Sequence record: MN871446.1
Strand: one strand, 5' to 3'
Source of the DNA: Klebsiella phage KpLz-2_45
DNA length: 64,000 nt
The notes beneath the pieces are model-generated. The model did not search any database, was not told the origin of the DNA, and saw only the letters and a list, made by a program, of their open reading frames with translations. This document shows positions 29,954-40,964 of the stretch, in pieces (position 1 is the stretch's first letter; each line of letters begins with the position of its first letter). Both the position numbers and the translations under genes were made by a program.

Positions 29954-30511
29954 TTACCGGCTACTACCGGCGACGTGACTTATTTCGCCGAAGATGACGT
30001 TGACGGTCGCCAAGAGGTCTTCAAAGCCGTTATCGTGCTTCAACCAATGATACATATAATCTTTGCCGTCGATATTCAACATCATTTTAAGTTTTGGTGT
30101 TGAACGACCACGGCGGTATTTTGGTTTGTTCGGTAGCTCTCGTTCTGCCTGTAGACAGTAAGCGCGAGAGACGATTGCCATCCGGCGACGACCTGTATTA
30201 ATAAAGGAAAGTGTATCCTCTAAAAAGGCGCGCATATGAGGCGTGAGTTTTGGGTTTTCTTCTTGCGCCTGTAACCACTCAGGGAAGAAACGGAACAGAT
30301 CCATCGCCCGGTTAATAACCTTACGGCGAAATTCCCAGGAACTGGCGTCACCTTTCGGGTCAGTCGTCAACTTTTCCCATGCGGCAGTAATCAGGTCATC
30401 CGGTTCAGGTTCGGTTTTACCCCCCTCATAGAGGGGGGAGCGGAAGCCAATCGGACTGAATTGGTAAGACTGAATGTTCATCGTACTTACACTCCGTATT
30501 CGCGTTCCCAT
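29954..30511 (-). CDS. hypothetical protein, 185 aa
   Basis: ORF overlapping the next gene by 25 nt. Confidence 0.65.
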   Translation of the reverse strand: MGTRIRSVSTMNIQSYQFSPIGFRSPLYEGGKTEPEPDDLITAAWEKLTTDPKGDASSWEFRRKVINRAMDLFRFFPEWLQAQEENPKLTPHMRAFLEDTLSFINTGRRRMAIVSRAYCLQAERELPNKPKYRRGRSTPKLKMMLNIDGKDYMYHWLKHDNGFEDLLATVNVIFGEISHVAGSSR

Positions 30512-31392
30512 TTGGAAATCTTATAGTTAAGGTCACGGAGCCGTTGTTCGGTGACTTCAATGACTTTATCCTGTGCAGCGTCGCCTTGACCTTGTTTTGC
30601 CGCCATCATCTGTGCCAGACGAAGTTCCAGCGCACGACGTTCTTCTTTGGCACGTTTGAAGCTCTCGGCCTGGTACTCAACGTAATGGGAACCGATGAAC
30701 CAGATGATGTCAGAGACAACAGGAACGAATCCCATGCGCAGCGGGTCGACTTTCTGTTTCCCAACCATCGCATTCACGTCGTCTTCTTTACCCGGATCGT
30801 AAACGATATCGGGCACGGACTCAAGGGTGTTCAGAACCTGGCGCATAGGTTGCGCAAAGACTTTCGCACAACGGCAGAAGTTCACTAGGTGATCTTCGAG
30901 CCATTTCACTTCGCCTTTGGTAAACGGTTCAACCGTAGCACCATAATCTTTACCCAGCTCCGGAATCTCTTTACCGTAAGTGTACAGCAGTACCCGGCGC
31001 GAGTAGAGACTGAAGAAATTGATCAGACTGACAACGCGCATCAACGAGATCTTGTTGTACGTCAGACCATTTTTCATAATGGCTTCGGTTTTAAACGACG
31101 AATCTAAAGCAGCCTCTAAATTCGGCATCCCTTCAGCCAGGTTACTGATAACCATCGCCAGTGAATTCACGAAATTAGAACGCGCACCCGTTTCACGAAC
31201 GTACAAAGCGTTGATACGTTTGATCGCTGGTGATTTAAACGGGTTGTTCCCGATGAAGAGTTTGTTCTCTGCGGCTGTTTTATACGGCGGCAGGGTTTCT
31301 TCAATAAGGCTCTTTCTGGCCAGCTCATATTCTTCGATAATGCGCGAGCGCTCGAAGTTAGGGACCAGTGATCTGAAAAAATCTTTCAACAT
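30487..31392 (-). CDS. hypothetical protein, 301 aa
   Basis: Long ORF. Confidence 0.7.
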   Translation of the reverse strand: MLKDFFRSLVPNFERSRIIEEYELARKSLIEETLPPYKTAAENKLFIGNNPFKSPAIKRINALYVRETGARSNFVNSLAMVISNLAEGMPNLEAALDSSFKTEAIMKNGLTYNKISLMRVVSLINFFSLYSRRVLLYTYGKEIPELGKDYGATVEPFTKGEVKWLEDHLVNFCRCAKVFAQPMRQVLNTLESVPDIVYDPGKEDDVNAMVGKQKVDPLRMGFVPVVSDIIWFIGSHYVEYQAESFKRAKEERRALELRLAQMMAAKQGQGDAAQDKVIEVTEQRLRDLNYKISKWEREYGV

Positions 31393-31406
31393 GATTTTGC
31401 TCTCCC

Positions 31407-32657
31407 TTAGAAAGTAGGCGCTTTCATTGATTTGTACATCTCGAAAATCTTCATGACGTCTGGCCCGGTATTCTTCGAGGCATTTTTCATGGCGTTGATT
31501 GACAGCTCAGTAGACCCTTCAATCCCGCGGTGGAAGATTTCAACTTGTTCGAAACTCCGATCAACGACGACCAATAACATAATACCGGAGTTACGTTCGA
31601 GCGTACGGCGACCTGCTAAAGTGGAGAGTTTAATGTTCAGTTCGCGTTCCAGGATTACGCGCTGTTCCTCTGTGATGACCACGATGTTTGAAGCGGAGGC
31701 AACGGACGGACGACCGGAGATCAGACCAGCCAGGGTGTTCTTACGCTTCTGCTGAATCTGTTTCAGGTAAAGGCCGGTTTCATCTTTAATGATGTTTTTA
31801 CGGTGCTCGTCTAACAGATCGCGGACGCCAATCAGGTCAGCGAAGAAAGTCAGTTTATCCGCTTTGAATTCGTACCAGCGTTCTTTGAGGTTGCGGTTCT
31901 GAGCGCCAGCGGTCAGGAAGAGAGTCATGCTGCGCGTGGGGACCGGGACAGTCTGCAGACGAACGTTGACCGGAACTTTTATTTGGCTCTCGTCAACTGC
32001 CACAGTGACTTCGAGCATTTTACCCACTGCCAGGTTACTGTTGTCACGTAACGCCTGGAGAGTTTCTTTCGATACCAGTTCAGCGGAAATCGGTTTAGCG
32101 CCGCGGGCTGGTTTGTCGTTTTGTTCGTCGATACCCTCATTACTCATCGGATTAGGGTTGTGACCGACGCGCATTGCCTCGGTACTATGAACCGACCAGT
32201 TAATGGCCCCGACTTGATTGGCCTTAGCCAAGACATTCATGTTCTCTAAAGACGGCAAACCAAACTTGGTACCGTCCTCAAGCGCGACGGCACCGATGAC
32301 GGCGTCAGCAAGGTTGTTCAACGGATCACGTTTCGGATTAAAACGTTCTAAACGTTTAGTGACCGAGATCCCTTTGATTTCGGCAGCAAGGGCGACAGCC
32401 TGCATGTAATACCCAGAGAAGATGTTGAGCAGGGTCTGCATCAGATCTTCCATATACGGTTCACGCCATAGATTTTGTTCTACTAACGTGAGTGGCTCAA
32501 TACGGGTCGGCTGAGTGTATTCAATGAGTGAATCAGAAAAAACATCACTGGCTCGGTTATTTTTGGCTTCTGCCTTCCAGTTACTACCCGCTGCACCCAC
32601 TGCAGTCATCACCGCGGTCATAGTAGGAATGGCAATACTTTCTACTGACAGTTTCAT
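31407..32657 (-). CDS. hypothetical protein, 416 aa
   Basis: Long ORF, first gene of the minus-strand block that diverges from 32693(+). Confidence 0.75.
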   Translation of the reverse strand: MKLSVESIAIPTMTAVMTAVGAAGSNWKAEAKNNRASDVFSDSLIEYTQPTRIEPLTLVEQNLWREPYMEDLMQTLLNIFSGYYMQAVALAAEIKGISVTKRLERFNPKRDPLNNLADAVIGAVALEDGTKFGLPSLENMNVLAKANQVGAINWSVHSTEAMRVGHNPNPMSNEGIDEQNDKPARGAKPISAELVSKETLQALRDNSNLAVGKMLEVTVAVDESQIKVPVNVRLQTVPVPTRSMTLFLTAGAQNRNLKERWYEFKADKLTFFADLIGVRDLLDEHRKNIIKDETGLYLKQIQQKRKNTLAGLISGRPSVASASNIVVITEEQRVILERELNIKLSTLAGRRTLERNSGIMLLVVVDRSFEQVEIFHRGIEGSTELSINAMKNASKNTGPDVMKIFEMYKSMKAPTF

Positions 32658-32692
32658 CTAGTTTCCTCTGTGTTAAATAAAGGAGTGGAGTA

Positions 32693-33868
32693 ATGGCTTC
32701 ATATAACCAAATCATGCAAGACAACCTGGACCTCGTTTTTCGTGCGGGTGGTCTGGGTTCTCGTCGTGCTGCGGCCTATGAAATGTTGTTCGGGTTAAAT
32801 TATCGAGCAAGAGGACAGGTCGTTCCGGCGCAACGAGATCAGGTAGGTCTCACATTTTTTACTCGTCCAGACCTGAACTTACACAGGGACAACGTTACAC
32901 AAGATAGGACGCTGACCGATTTGATTTCCACTGACGAGATCACGTATCCTCGTGCGATTCGTGCGATTCTCGACCCCGTGGGCTCAAGTGATCCTAACTT
33001 TGATTACAGTTGTAAGTTGGTCAATCCACGTAACCCTTTCATGTGCGTTTTAACGAATACCTTAAAAAGCGTTTCAGGTTTCCCTGACAACGCCATTGGT
33101 AAATACACCAGTAATGAAGGGATTGCCGGTGAACAATGGGGGATGGCAGACGGCTATTACAACATCCGTGGTAACTATCAATTGACAGCTTCATTCGCTA
33201 ACGTTGACGGTTCCCCGGTTCTCAGACTCTTCGATGTCTGGGAACGCTATATGGAAAATATCCGCACCAAAAAGATGAAGCCGTGGAGCCGAAATATTTA
33301 CCGTAATCGAATGGATTACACCACACGTATTTATCGTCTGATATTGGACCCCGGTCGGCGCTTTGTTCAACAGATTGGAGCCACCGGTTATGCGTTCCCT
33401 ATCACTAACCCACGTGGCGGTGTCATGAACTTTGATGCGGACGATAACTACGACCGCAGTACGGATCTGATTTCCATTCAGTTTGACGCTTACGGTGCGA
33501 TTTATGACGATCCGTTATTGATTCGTCAATTTAATAAAGTCGTGGCCATGTTTAACCCGGATCTGCGTATCATCAATGAAACCAGTTTAAACAAAAGTAA
33601 TATCGCGGTGAAGAGTAACAACTATTATCGTGTCACTCCCGATCAACGAGAATACCTGAACTATTATTGTTACCCTCTCATTCATCCGTATACTCGAGAA
33701 CTCTGCTGGTTTATCGAGAAACCGATTTACGACTTAATCATGGCGAACAATTACGCTGTTCCTAACTACGACTATAACGCACTCCCTAACGATACTGATG
33801 ACACTTATACCGGTTATCAGTCTAATGTTTGGGATACCCTTGACCTCACGAAATCAGGAGACAATTAA
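32693..33868 (+). CDS. hypothetical protein, 391 aa
   Basis: ORF with SD AAGGAGTGGAG upstream. Its stop overlaps the next start (ATGA coupling). Confidence 0.75.
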   Translation: MASYNQIMQDNLDLVFRAGGLGSRRAAAYEMLFGLNYRARGQVVPAQRDQVGLTFFTRPDLNLHRDNVTQDRTLTDLISTDEITYPRAIRAILDPVGSSDPNFDYSCKLVNPRNPFMCVLTNTLKSVSGFPDNAIGKYTSNEGIAGEQWGMADGYYNIRGNYQLTASFANVDGSPVLRLFDVWERYMENIRTKKMKPWSRNIYRNRMDYTTRIYRLILDPGRRFVQQIGATGYAFPITNPRGGVMNFDADDNYDRSTDLISIQFDAYGAIYDDPLLIRQFNKVVAMFNPDLRIINETSLNKSNIAVKSNNYYRVTPDQREYLNYYCYPLIHPYTRELCWFIEKPIYDLIMANNYAVPNYDYNALPNDTDDTYTGYQSNVWDTLDLTKSGDN

Positions 33869-36774
33869 TGTCTGATTACGACGTTAGTGCGGCGTTAGCG
33901 CGCGCACCGATTAACCCGGAATCCTTTCAGCGTGTAGGGATCGAATTCCTGACGAGCAAATTGAACGGTGACTCGTTAGTGGATGTAAATGCGCCCGCTA
34001 TTCACTTGCTCGAAGCGAGCAGTTCGATGGCGGCTTATCATATCCAAGAAAACTTTGCGTTAGACCGTCGCCATTATCGTTTACTTGCGCAGAACTACAT
34101 GGACCTTTATGGCCATCTTTCTGACGTTGATTACCTCGGTCGTTTTAGTTCACCGGGGAAAGTCACCATGCGGTACACTGTGAGCTACGATGACATTATT
34201 GCCAGCATGATCGAGGTCCCTGACACCAACCTGAAACGCGTGGTGATTCCGCGTTACACTGAAGTCAGACCAGGCGGTGATTACCCGTTAACGCTTCTCT
34301 ACCCGATTGAGATTCGACAGCTCCCGCATGACGGTTTACAAGTGGTGTTCAACACCGACGAGACCAGTCCGATTCAAACTTTGACTGATAACGTTCTGAA
34401 CTGGCAGTTCTTAAAAGACGCCACGAGCGATCAAGCAACTTATTTGCAGATTGAGATCCCCATGTTCCAGTTGGCCAGGAACAGTATCATCGAACAGATC
34501 TCCGACGGTAATTCTCGTTTCGCGGTACCGTTCACTGACAAATATTACTACGCCCGTGTTTTCCAGGGAACAAGCGGAAATTGGAAAGAACTCGGTACTA
34601 CGCACTCTCTTCAGGTTTACGACGCATCGTCTCCCACGGCGGTATTGCAAGTAGGCGACGGGGTTCTTAACGTTACGATCCCGCCTATCTATTACACAGC
34701 GGGCTTAGTCTCTGGTAACCTTCGTATCGACGTTTATACTACGCAAGGCGAGATCTACGAAGACCTGACTAACTTCGCAACCGAGAAGTTTCAGATCACC
34801 TGGGGAAAAGACGCCGAGATTCCTGATCTCGACAACTACTCATCGAGTATTCCTAACCTCCCTTATGCGTGGACGTCGACAGAAGCGATCACTGGGGGAT
34901 CAGACGGTTTGACGTTTGAGGAACTTCGTGAAAGAAGTATTTTTAACGTTTCTAATAGCGTAGATAATACTCCTATTACTCCGGCACAAATTTCTGCACG
35001 CTTGAATTTGTTAGGGTTTGATATTGTCAAATCCAGAGATGACATTGTTGATCGTCTTTATCTGGCGACCACGAATATGCCTACTGCACCGGAATCAATT
35101 CTCAATGCAGGGATTCCCGCAGCGATGACGACGCTTCAAACCAGTATTGAAAAGTTAACGAAAGTCCAGGGTGTTTACGATAACGGTGATCGTATTACGT
35201 TATCGCCGGAAGTGCTCTTCTCGTTAACTAACGGGGTGTTATCACTGGTCGATAATAACATGCGACCGGAAGTACTGTATAAAACCCCGGAAACATTTGT
35301 CAATGGAATCAACCAAGCGAACTACGCGTTTACTCCGTTCCATTACGTATTAGATACGAGTTCGAATGCGTTCTCATTACGACCGTATTACCTGCAAAAC
35401 CCGGAACAAACCAAACGCCGTTTTATCCGTGACAACGCCACGCTCCTGATTGACGTCAGTACAACCGGTTTCAACATCACCCGTACGACAACAGGCTACC
35501 GACTGACCATTGCTTGCACAGTGGGGCAGAGTTACTTAAACATCGAGGCAAGTAACCGTCATGTTCAGTTGGCCTTTATCCCTGCCGGGGAAAACGCTTA
35601 TGCTTATCTGAACGGAACCTTTATGGGGATTACCGGGAAAACGGCAGTCTGGGCGTTTGACTTTAAAACCAACTTCGATCTGGACAGTGACAACAATCTC
35701 ATTATCACCAACTTCAGTATCTTTGAGGAAGAACCGCGTAAACTGGCATTACCGTTAGAAACGGAGTTTATGTTATTACATGCGGTCAGCGGTGATGTTG
35801 ACGACGGTTATCAGTATTCGGCGATCGACGGATTGCTCGGTGAGTTTTTACTCCCTGACGACACGAAAGGGATCTCGCAAGAGTTTGTTACGCTGAAATT
35901 TGGTACAGCGTTAGAACGACTCTGGCACGGTGCACGTAACGTAGCCGGTTCTTACGTTTATCAGACCTACGCAAGTGACGTCTACGATTATTACACCGCA
36001 GACATCCCGGAATACGATGCAAACGGTGTCCCGGTCTTTGTCATTGAAAATGGTCAACCGGTGATCTCTTATGCTCACAAATCAGGGGATCAAAAAGTGG
36101 ATGGTTCGGGTAACCCGATTGTCTTACATAAGGCGGGCGACCCCGTTTTAGACAGTGGCGGTAATCCGGTTCCCGTATCCGCAAGACCGGTACTTCGTCT
36201 CATCGATCTCTTGATCTTTGACGGTAACTACGCCTACGTCTCTCAGGATACGGATTTGACAGATTTGAAATGGACAGCAAATAATCTGGCTAATACACAA
36301 CTCGAGAAATTAGCGGAATTAGGAAACGCAGTCCTGGAGAAAACCAATATCTACCTCTACCCGAAACGCGGCTTCGGTCCAATTTCGGTTGTCGTTGATG
36401 ACGGGGTGGAGAAAGTTATTGACTCGTCACTGACCTTTTCCGTGAAGTTCTATTTAACTGGGACGGCGTATCGTGATATGGACTACCGGGCTGCGTTACA
36501 AACGTTGACTGCGAAGATTCTGAACGATGGTATCCGAAACGAAACCGTTTCTGTCTCAACACTGGTTACGTTGTTGAAACCACAGCTCGATGAGAACGTA
36601 GTCGGCTTTGATATCAACATGTACGCACAAGGGACGGAGATGACCACCTTCACGCTTTCTGACGCATCGGTTCAACCTACCATTGATCGGGTGATTGAAT
36701 ACACCGAGGACGGTAAATACGCCGTGAAAGAAAACATTGAGTTTCTGTTTAAAAACCATACGGTAAGTAACTAA
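33868..36774 (+). CDS. large hypothetical (virion) protein, 968 aa
   Basis: Long ORF translationally coupled to 32693..33868 and followed by a terminator. Confidence 0.8.
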   Translation: MSDYDVSAALARAPINPESFQRVGIEFLTSKLNGDSLVDVNAPAIHLLEASSSMAAYHIQENFALDRRHYRLLAQNYMDLYGHLSDVDYLGRFSSPGKVTMRYTVSYDDIIASMIEVPDTNLKRVVIPRYTEVRPGGDYPLTLLYPIEIRQLPHDGLQVVFNTDETSPIQTLTDNVLNWQFLKDATSDQATYLQIEIPMFQLARNSIIEQISDGNSRFAVPFTDKYYYARVFQGTSGNWKELGTTHSLQVYDASSPTAVLQVGDGVLNVTIPPIYYTAGLVSGNLRIDVYTTQGEIYEDLTNFATEKFQITWGKDAEIPDLDNYSSSIPNLPYAWTSTEAITGGSDGLTFEELRERSIFNVSNSVDNTPITPAQISARLNLLGFDIVKSRDDIVDRLYLATTNMPTAPESILNAGIPAAMTTLQTSIEKLTKVQGVYDNGDRITLSPEVLFSLTNGVLSLVDNNMRPEVLYKTPETFVNGINQANYAFTPFHYVLDTSSNAFSLRPYYLQNPEQTKRRFIRDNATLLIDVSTTGFNITRTTTGYRLTIACTVGQSYLNIEASNRHVQLAFIPAGENAYAYLNGTFMGITGKTAVWAFDFKTNFDLDSDNNLIITNFSIFEEEPRKLALPLETEFMLLHAVSGDVDDGYQYSAIDGLLGEFLLPDDTKGISQEFVTLKFGTALERLWHGARNVAGSYVYQTYASDVYDYYTADIPEYDANGVPVFVIENGQPVISYAHKSGDQKVDGSGNPIVLHKAGDPVLDSGGNPVPVSARPVLRLIDLLIFDGNYAYVSQDTDLTDLKWTANNLANTQLEKLAELGNAVLEKTNIYLYPKRGFGPISVVVDDGVEKVIDSSLTFSVKFYLTGTAYRDMDYRAALQTLTAKILNDGIRNETVSVSTLVTLLKPQLDENVVGFDINMYAQGTEMTTFTLSDASVQPTIDRVIEYTEDGKYAVKENIEFLFKNHTVSN

Positions 36775-36780
36775 AGCACA

Positions 36781-36810
36781 TAGACTGAGAGGCGAATGCC
36801 TCTCAGTCTA
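36781..36810 (+). terminator. intrinsic terminator (TAGACTGAGAGGC-GAAT-GCCTCTCAGTCTA + TTTAT)
   Basis: 13-bp perfect stem immediately after the stop of 33868..36774. Confidence 0.65.
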
Positions 36811-36814
36811 TTTA

Positions 36815-38050
36815 TCACGCATCGGTAGATTCGGGTTGTGCACTAACCATGTAGATGTAAAGCCGTTTCAACCAGCGGCGGTTGTCATCGTAAAAATCCA
36901 GTGAGACGTCCGTCACAAATTGCAGAATGGTCAAACATTCATGGACATGTTCACTGACGTGACGGATCTGCTGAACAACGGTTTTATCACGGTCGTTATA
37001 CTTCGACTGCTCAACTAACTTCTCGGTCGCTGACAATGAAGCATGTACCCGCTTTGAAACCGCAATGATTCGATCACCATCGGCATCGCTGAACAGTAAC
37101 GGGGAGGTTTCGACTTTTAAGTTATCGTACGCATGTTTACAAAGGTCGGCGATCTTGGTGCTGTCAAAAGCAATATCATTATTGACGGCGACTTCTTTAA
37201 GATCGGCCAACGTTTGATAACCGCTTTTGATTTTTTCCAGCGTACTATCACCTTCTGCGTTCAACAACTTAAAGATCTTCTCGAGATCCGTTGACTTAAA
37301 CCCGGTGCTCTCTGCGGAAGTGATCTCGTGACCCTCGTCCCACTTCCCAGTTACTACAGCCTTCACTAACGCTTCAAGGCGGTCCACGTTCGTCTCGAGA
37401 TAGTCAACGATTTTACCCGGATGTCTAATAAAGGCACCGAGTGCTTTGTGCAAGTTTGTATCCGTGATCGCCCTGGCGCTATATTGGCTGTAGTTATCGT
37501 TGATGGCGGCAGCGATAGGGGAAAGCTTTTCGTCGTTAACGATTTCTTCTTTGCTGCGCATCTTAAACTGGAAGCCCAGTTCGTCAACCTTTTTCAGAAA
37601 CGCATCAGTCTCTTCCCGTTTGACCTTCCCGATTGCCTTGTTAAAAAATTCACCAAAGGCTTTGATTTTCTCACCCACCCATTTTAACGCCCGTTTGATC
37701 ATGCTTAAAATGGAATGACCGATCTGTTTAATGATCTCTTCACAGGCGACGTTCTGTTGTGTTTTGGAACGCTTCAGGGTATAGGAGTTAGTCGGGTAAT
37801 GATCGGGGAAGGGGAGAATATTCAGAGCTTCCACTGCCGCCATACTGGCACGATCAACACCGTTCTTCTCCACGTCTTCGAGTGTCTCTTCCAGTGCCTC
37901 AAGTTGCGCATCGTCACCCACACGTTTCACCATGTAAAATGACCACTGGTTATTTAACTCCATGACGATATCGCGGAGATTTTTACCGTCCTCACCGACA
38001 AACGTGAATACGCCGGGTACCGGCTTCACAATTTGATTATTCGTTTCCAT
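36815..38050 (-). CDS. hypothetical protein, 411 aa (K/E-rich, predicted helical)
   Basis: Long ORF. Contains FSDADGDRI (a D-x-D-G-D triad); see noticed_but_rejected. Confidence 0.7.
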   Translation of the reverse strand: METNNQIVKPVPGVFTFVGEDGKNLRDIVMELNNQWSFYMVKRVGDDAQLEALEETLEDVEKNGVDRASMAAVEALNILPFPDHYPTNSYTLKRSKTQQNVACEEIIKQIGHSILSMIKRALKWVGEKIKAFGEFFNKAIGKVKREETDAFLKKVDELGFQFKMRSKEEIVNDEKLSPIAAAINDNYSQYSARAITDTNLHKALGAFIRHPGKIVDYLETNVDRLEALVKAVVTGKWDEGHEITSAESTGFKSTDLEKIFKLLNAEGDSTLEKIKSGYQTLADLKEVAVNNDIAFDSTKIADLCKHAYDNLKVETSPLLFSDADGDRIIAVSKRVHASLSATEKLVEQSKYNDRDKTVVQQIRHVSEHVHECLTILQFVTDVSLDFYDDNRRWLKRLYIYMVSAQPESTDA

Positions 38051-39056
38051 TGTCTTGGTTCTCGCTTAAAATGGGTTTCAGCTTAATCATAATGACGGCT
38101 TTGAGAGCGGTATCTTTCTCTGCGTCTAATTGTAATTTTAGATATTGACGCTGGATCGTTAAAGCGCTCTCTTGGACAGAAAGGTGCGTATCCAAAAGGA
38201 ACATTAAAAGACGAATCTGTTCGGCTGTCCGTGTCCAAGCTTGGAGCAACGGTGTTTTCGCTTCGGCCAGTAAAGTTTTAATTAGCGTGTTTTTTACAAT
38301 ATTGAAACGAAGCGCCAAAACCTGGGATTTAACTTCATCTACGCCTTCTCGAATAACTTCCGGGATAAACTCTCTGAGGTTCTGAATAGGGTCATTGGTC
38401 AAATAACTGTTTGGCCAACAGACCTCGTTACCTGAGGTTGGGATGAAGTTTTCTTCGATAGTAGGGAGAAGCGATTCGCTGACGTCACGGTTCCGTAATT
38501 GACGGCAATGTAAATCAAAATGTTTGTGGTAATTCTGGTCGCGGCATTTCTCTAAATTCGAGAAGGTTTCCGCAATGAGTTCTGGGTCGTTATCGAGTAA
38601 CGGATGGATTACCCCGGAAGAAAAACTTCGTGTTCCTTGAATAAGGTCAGGGAGATCCATGTAGATCGTTTTAACGGCCGAAAAATACTCTTCAACCAAA
38701 ACACCGTTACGATAAAATTGATCAGTGAACCCAGTGCGTTTCGCATTGAGTGCCTGAATCGCAACTTTTAAACCCGGATCATCAATCGGCGTATGCGGGC
38801 GAACCGTTCGCATGTACACCAGACAATCATTGATTAAGGTATTCTGTTCGATAAGATTATCGAGTGCTTTCTTGGCGCTAAAGAATAACGCAAGTCCCTC
38901 ATCTACGTAATGTATCTTCGGTAAAAAGACATCGAGCACTGAAGCGCTCGATTGCGCTTCAGTATCCGTAGATTTATCACTGACCATCTCCGCGATTCGA
39001 CAACGAAGACCAGGAGGGAAATGCGGGCGCTGATATTCCAACGTAGTGATGGTCAT
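38037..39056 (-). CDS. hypothetical protein, 339 aa
   Basis: Long ORF overlapping the downstream gene by 14 nt. Confidence 0.7.
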   Translation of the reverse strand: MTITTLEYQRPHFPPGLRCRIAEMVSDKSTDTEAQSSASVLDVFLPKIHYVDEGLALFFSAKKALDNLIEQNTLINDCLVYMRTVRPHTPIDDPGLKVAIQALNAKRTGFTDQFYRNGVLVEEYFSAVKTIYMDLPDLIQGTRSFSSGVIHPLLDNDPELIAETFSNLEKCRDQNYHKHFDLHCRQLRNRDVSESLLPTIEENFIPTSGNEVCWPNSYLTNDPIQNLREFIPEVIREGVDEVKSQVLALRFNIVKNTLIKTLLAEAKTPLLQAWTRTAEQIRLLMFLLDTHLSVQESALTIQRQYLKLQLDAEKDTALKAVIMIKLKPILSENQDNGNE

Positions 39057-39068
39057 CTTTTTAAACCC

Positions 39069-39530
39069 TTATTTCACTGCCGCTCCCGGACGCGACATAT
39101 CGAGAATAACCGGGGTGATCTTGTCCTTCAATAAGAAGGCGGCATTTGCAACAACCGAGTAGTCCATCCCGTCACCTGCGTATTGCGCCAGGAATACCGC
39201 AGCAGGCGTATTACCGGTCAGTACCGCTTCCACCTCGGCTTGGGTATGGACATGACAGGCACGGTAGCGCCCTAACCACACTTCGTGAACGCCGGCCTGT
39301 ACCAGATTAATATCCACCAGGAAACGTTCGTTAAATTCAGAAACAAACTGGGTGACCTTCCAGCGGTATTGTTCCTGGTACCAAACTGCCGGGTTTTCAA
39401 CGGCGGCATTAGGTAAAGGTAAGGCGTACCCCAAACCGATAGCCAGCGCCAGAGAAAGTCTGACTTTGTCGACACCAACCACTTTAGTCAGCGGTTCAAC
39501 GATGTCTTGGACGAATTGACGATTCATCAT
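39069..39530 (-). CDS. hypothetical protein, 153 aa
   Basis: ORF in the same operon-like block. Confidence 0.6.
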   Translation of the reverse strand: MMNRQFVQDIVEPLTKVVGVDKVRLSLALAIGLGYALPLPNAAVENPAVWYQEQYRWKVTQFVSEFNERFLVDINLVQAGVHEVWLGRYRACHVHTQAEVEAVLTGNTPAAVFLAQYAGDGMDYSVVANAAFLLKDKITPVILDMSRPGAAVK

Positions 39531-39536
39531 TAATCC

Positions 39537-40838
39537 TTATTTCAACGTGTTGAGTAAATTCGCAGCAGCGAAGAGATTGTTATTCGCCACGGCTTGGAGA
39601 TCTTGCAGTAAGATACGTTTTTCTTTTTGGTCGCGTAACTTACTCGAGAAGAACAACCAGAGTTTTTCATAATAGCTTTCTTCATCGAGATTACTTTTCA
39701 GATTGGCAATAACATCGATATTCTGACTCAGCTCCACACGTTCTTCAGGCAGAAGACCAGGTTCTTTCATCCGTTGGATAATATCCTGACGTAACCTTTC
39801 TAAACGCTCGTCTGCTTTATCGTAAACGCGATCTACGGGTTTGATTAAAAGTACCAGTAGTTCAATGTATTTACGGAAGTTAAAACCGAACTTGTTTACC
39901 GCAAAACCAAGAATGAAGAAGAACCGAATAATTTTCATTCCCCATAACTGGAAATGATCTTTGAGTGTTTTCTCGGTCATGTTCTTTTGGATTTTATCCA
40001 ACCCAGTGGCCAGCGGTACGGTCAAACCCATACGGGAAGAAAATTGGTCGGACAGACTCTCCCATGATCGCATGTCGTAAATGCTGGCACCGAATTCAGA
40101 CTTCGTTTGGTCGTAAATATCAGAGAAAATCGAAATGGCCAATACGTCAGGATTGATGTCTTCCTCGGCGACGACATCAAGATTGCTGATTTTAATCCCG
40201 GAGAAGTTTTCCACGCCCATCAGAATTTTGACTTTTTCTTCTGGTGAATTCGATTTCTCAAGACGTTTAACTGTATCAACAAGGATAAAGCAGGTACTGA
40301 AAGTATAAGCCAGGGTCTCGAGATACGTAAAGATGTGACCGACTTCATGGAGAATGATAGCGACCACTTCGTCTGGGTTAACATCCGGGCTAGAGATTAA
40401 CTCTTGGGTCACCATCACCGAACACGGCATTTCCTGGAAAAACCCGCCTACTGTCGCTGTGGCACGGTTCACCCAACCTACCCCATTATTGAGGTTCTTA
40501 TCTATTGCGGCTTTACCGGCACCCGCGTGACCAAGTTGATTGCTGTACGTTCTGACCATCACGCTGTTTTTAACAATAGACGGGGTTTGGGCGATGGCGT
40601 TGAAACCTCTTTCCGGGATTATTTGGAACGTGAGTCCTTTCAGTTTGAAACGGTCTCTCAGGATTCGTTGAAAAATCGTGCAGAATGCTTTGTTTACTTT
40701 TTCATTTACCTCACCGTTACTCTCTGTACGGTAGTCTTCTATCGTAATGATCAGTTTCTTACAAACAGGGTCGTAGCCCTGAAAATCAATTGACTCAAAT
40801 GCAGGCAGTGAGAGTCGGGTAATTTTTTCATCTAACAT
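39537..40838 (-). CDS. putative zinc metallopeptidase (HExxH), 433 aa
   Basis: Motif AIILHEVGHIFTYLE (H-E-x-x-H) in an otherwise unrecognised protein. Confidence 0.7.
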   Translation of the reverse strand: MLDEKITRLSLPAFESIDFQGYDPVCKKLIITIEDYRTESNGEVNEKVNKAFCTIFQRILRDRFKLKGLTFQIIPERGFNAIAQTPSIVKNSVMVRTYSNQLGHAGAGKAAIDKNLNNGVGWVNRATATVGGFFQEMPCSVMVTQELISSPDVNPDEVVAIILHEVGHIFTYLETLAYTFSTCFILVDTVKRLEKSNSPEEKVKILMGVENFSGIKISNLDVVAEEDINPDVLAISIFSDIYDQTKSEFGASIYDMRSWESLSDQFSSRMGLTVPLATGLDKIQKNMTEKTLKDHFQLWGMKIIRFFFILGFAVNKFGFNFRKYIELLVLLIKPVDRVYDKADERLERLRQDIIQRMKEPGLLPEERVELSQNIDVIANLKSNLDEESYYEKLWLFFSSKLRDQKEKRILLQDLQAVANNNLFAAANLLNTLK

Positions 40839-40964
40839 TTCGTGGCTCCTCAGGGGAAAGCGCTACCATAAAGGAAGGGTTACACAAGAAAGCGACACGC
40901 TCCAAAAAGAAGACGCTATCTATTCCTGTAGACCTTGAAAGTTTGACTCAGGAACCAGCCCGTT

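Noticed and set aside
36815-38050. FSDADGDRI motif (a D-x-D-G-D triad) reminiscent of the RNAP beta-prime NADFDGD catalytic loop
   Set aside because: The protein is only 411 aa, Lys/Glu-rich and predicted helical. It has no zinc-binding N-terminus or other beta-prime blocks. A single short motif is insufficient, so it is kept as hypothetical.
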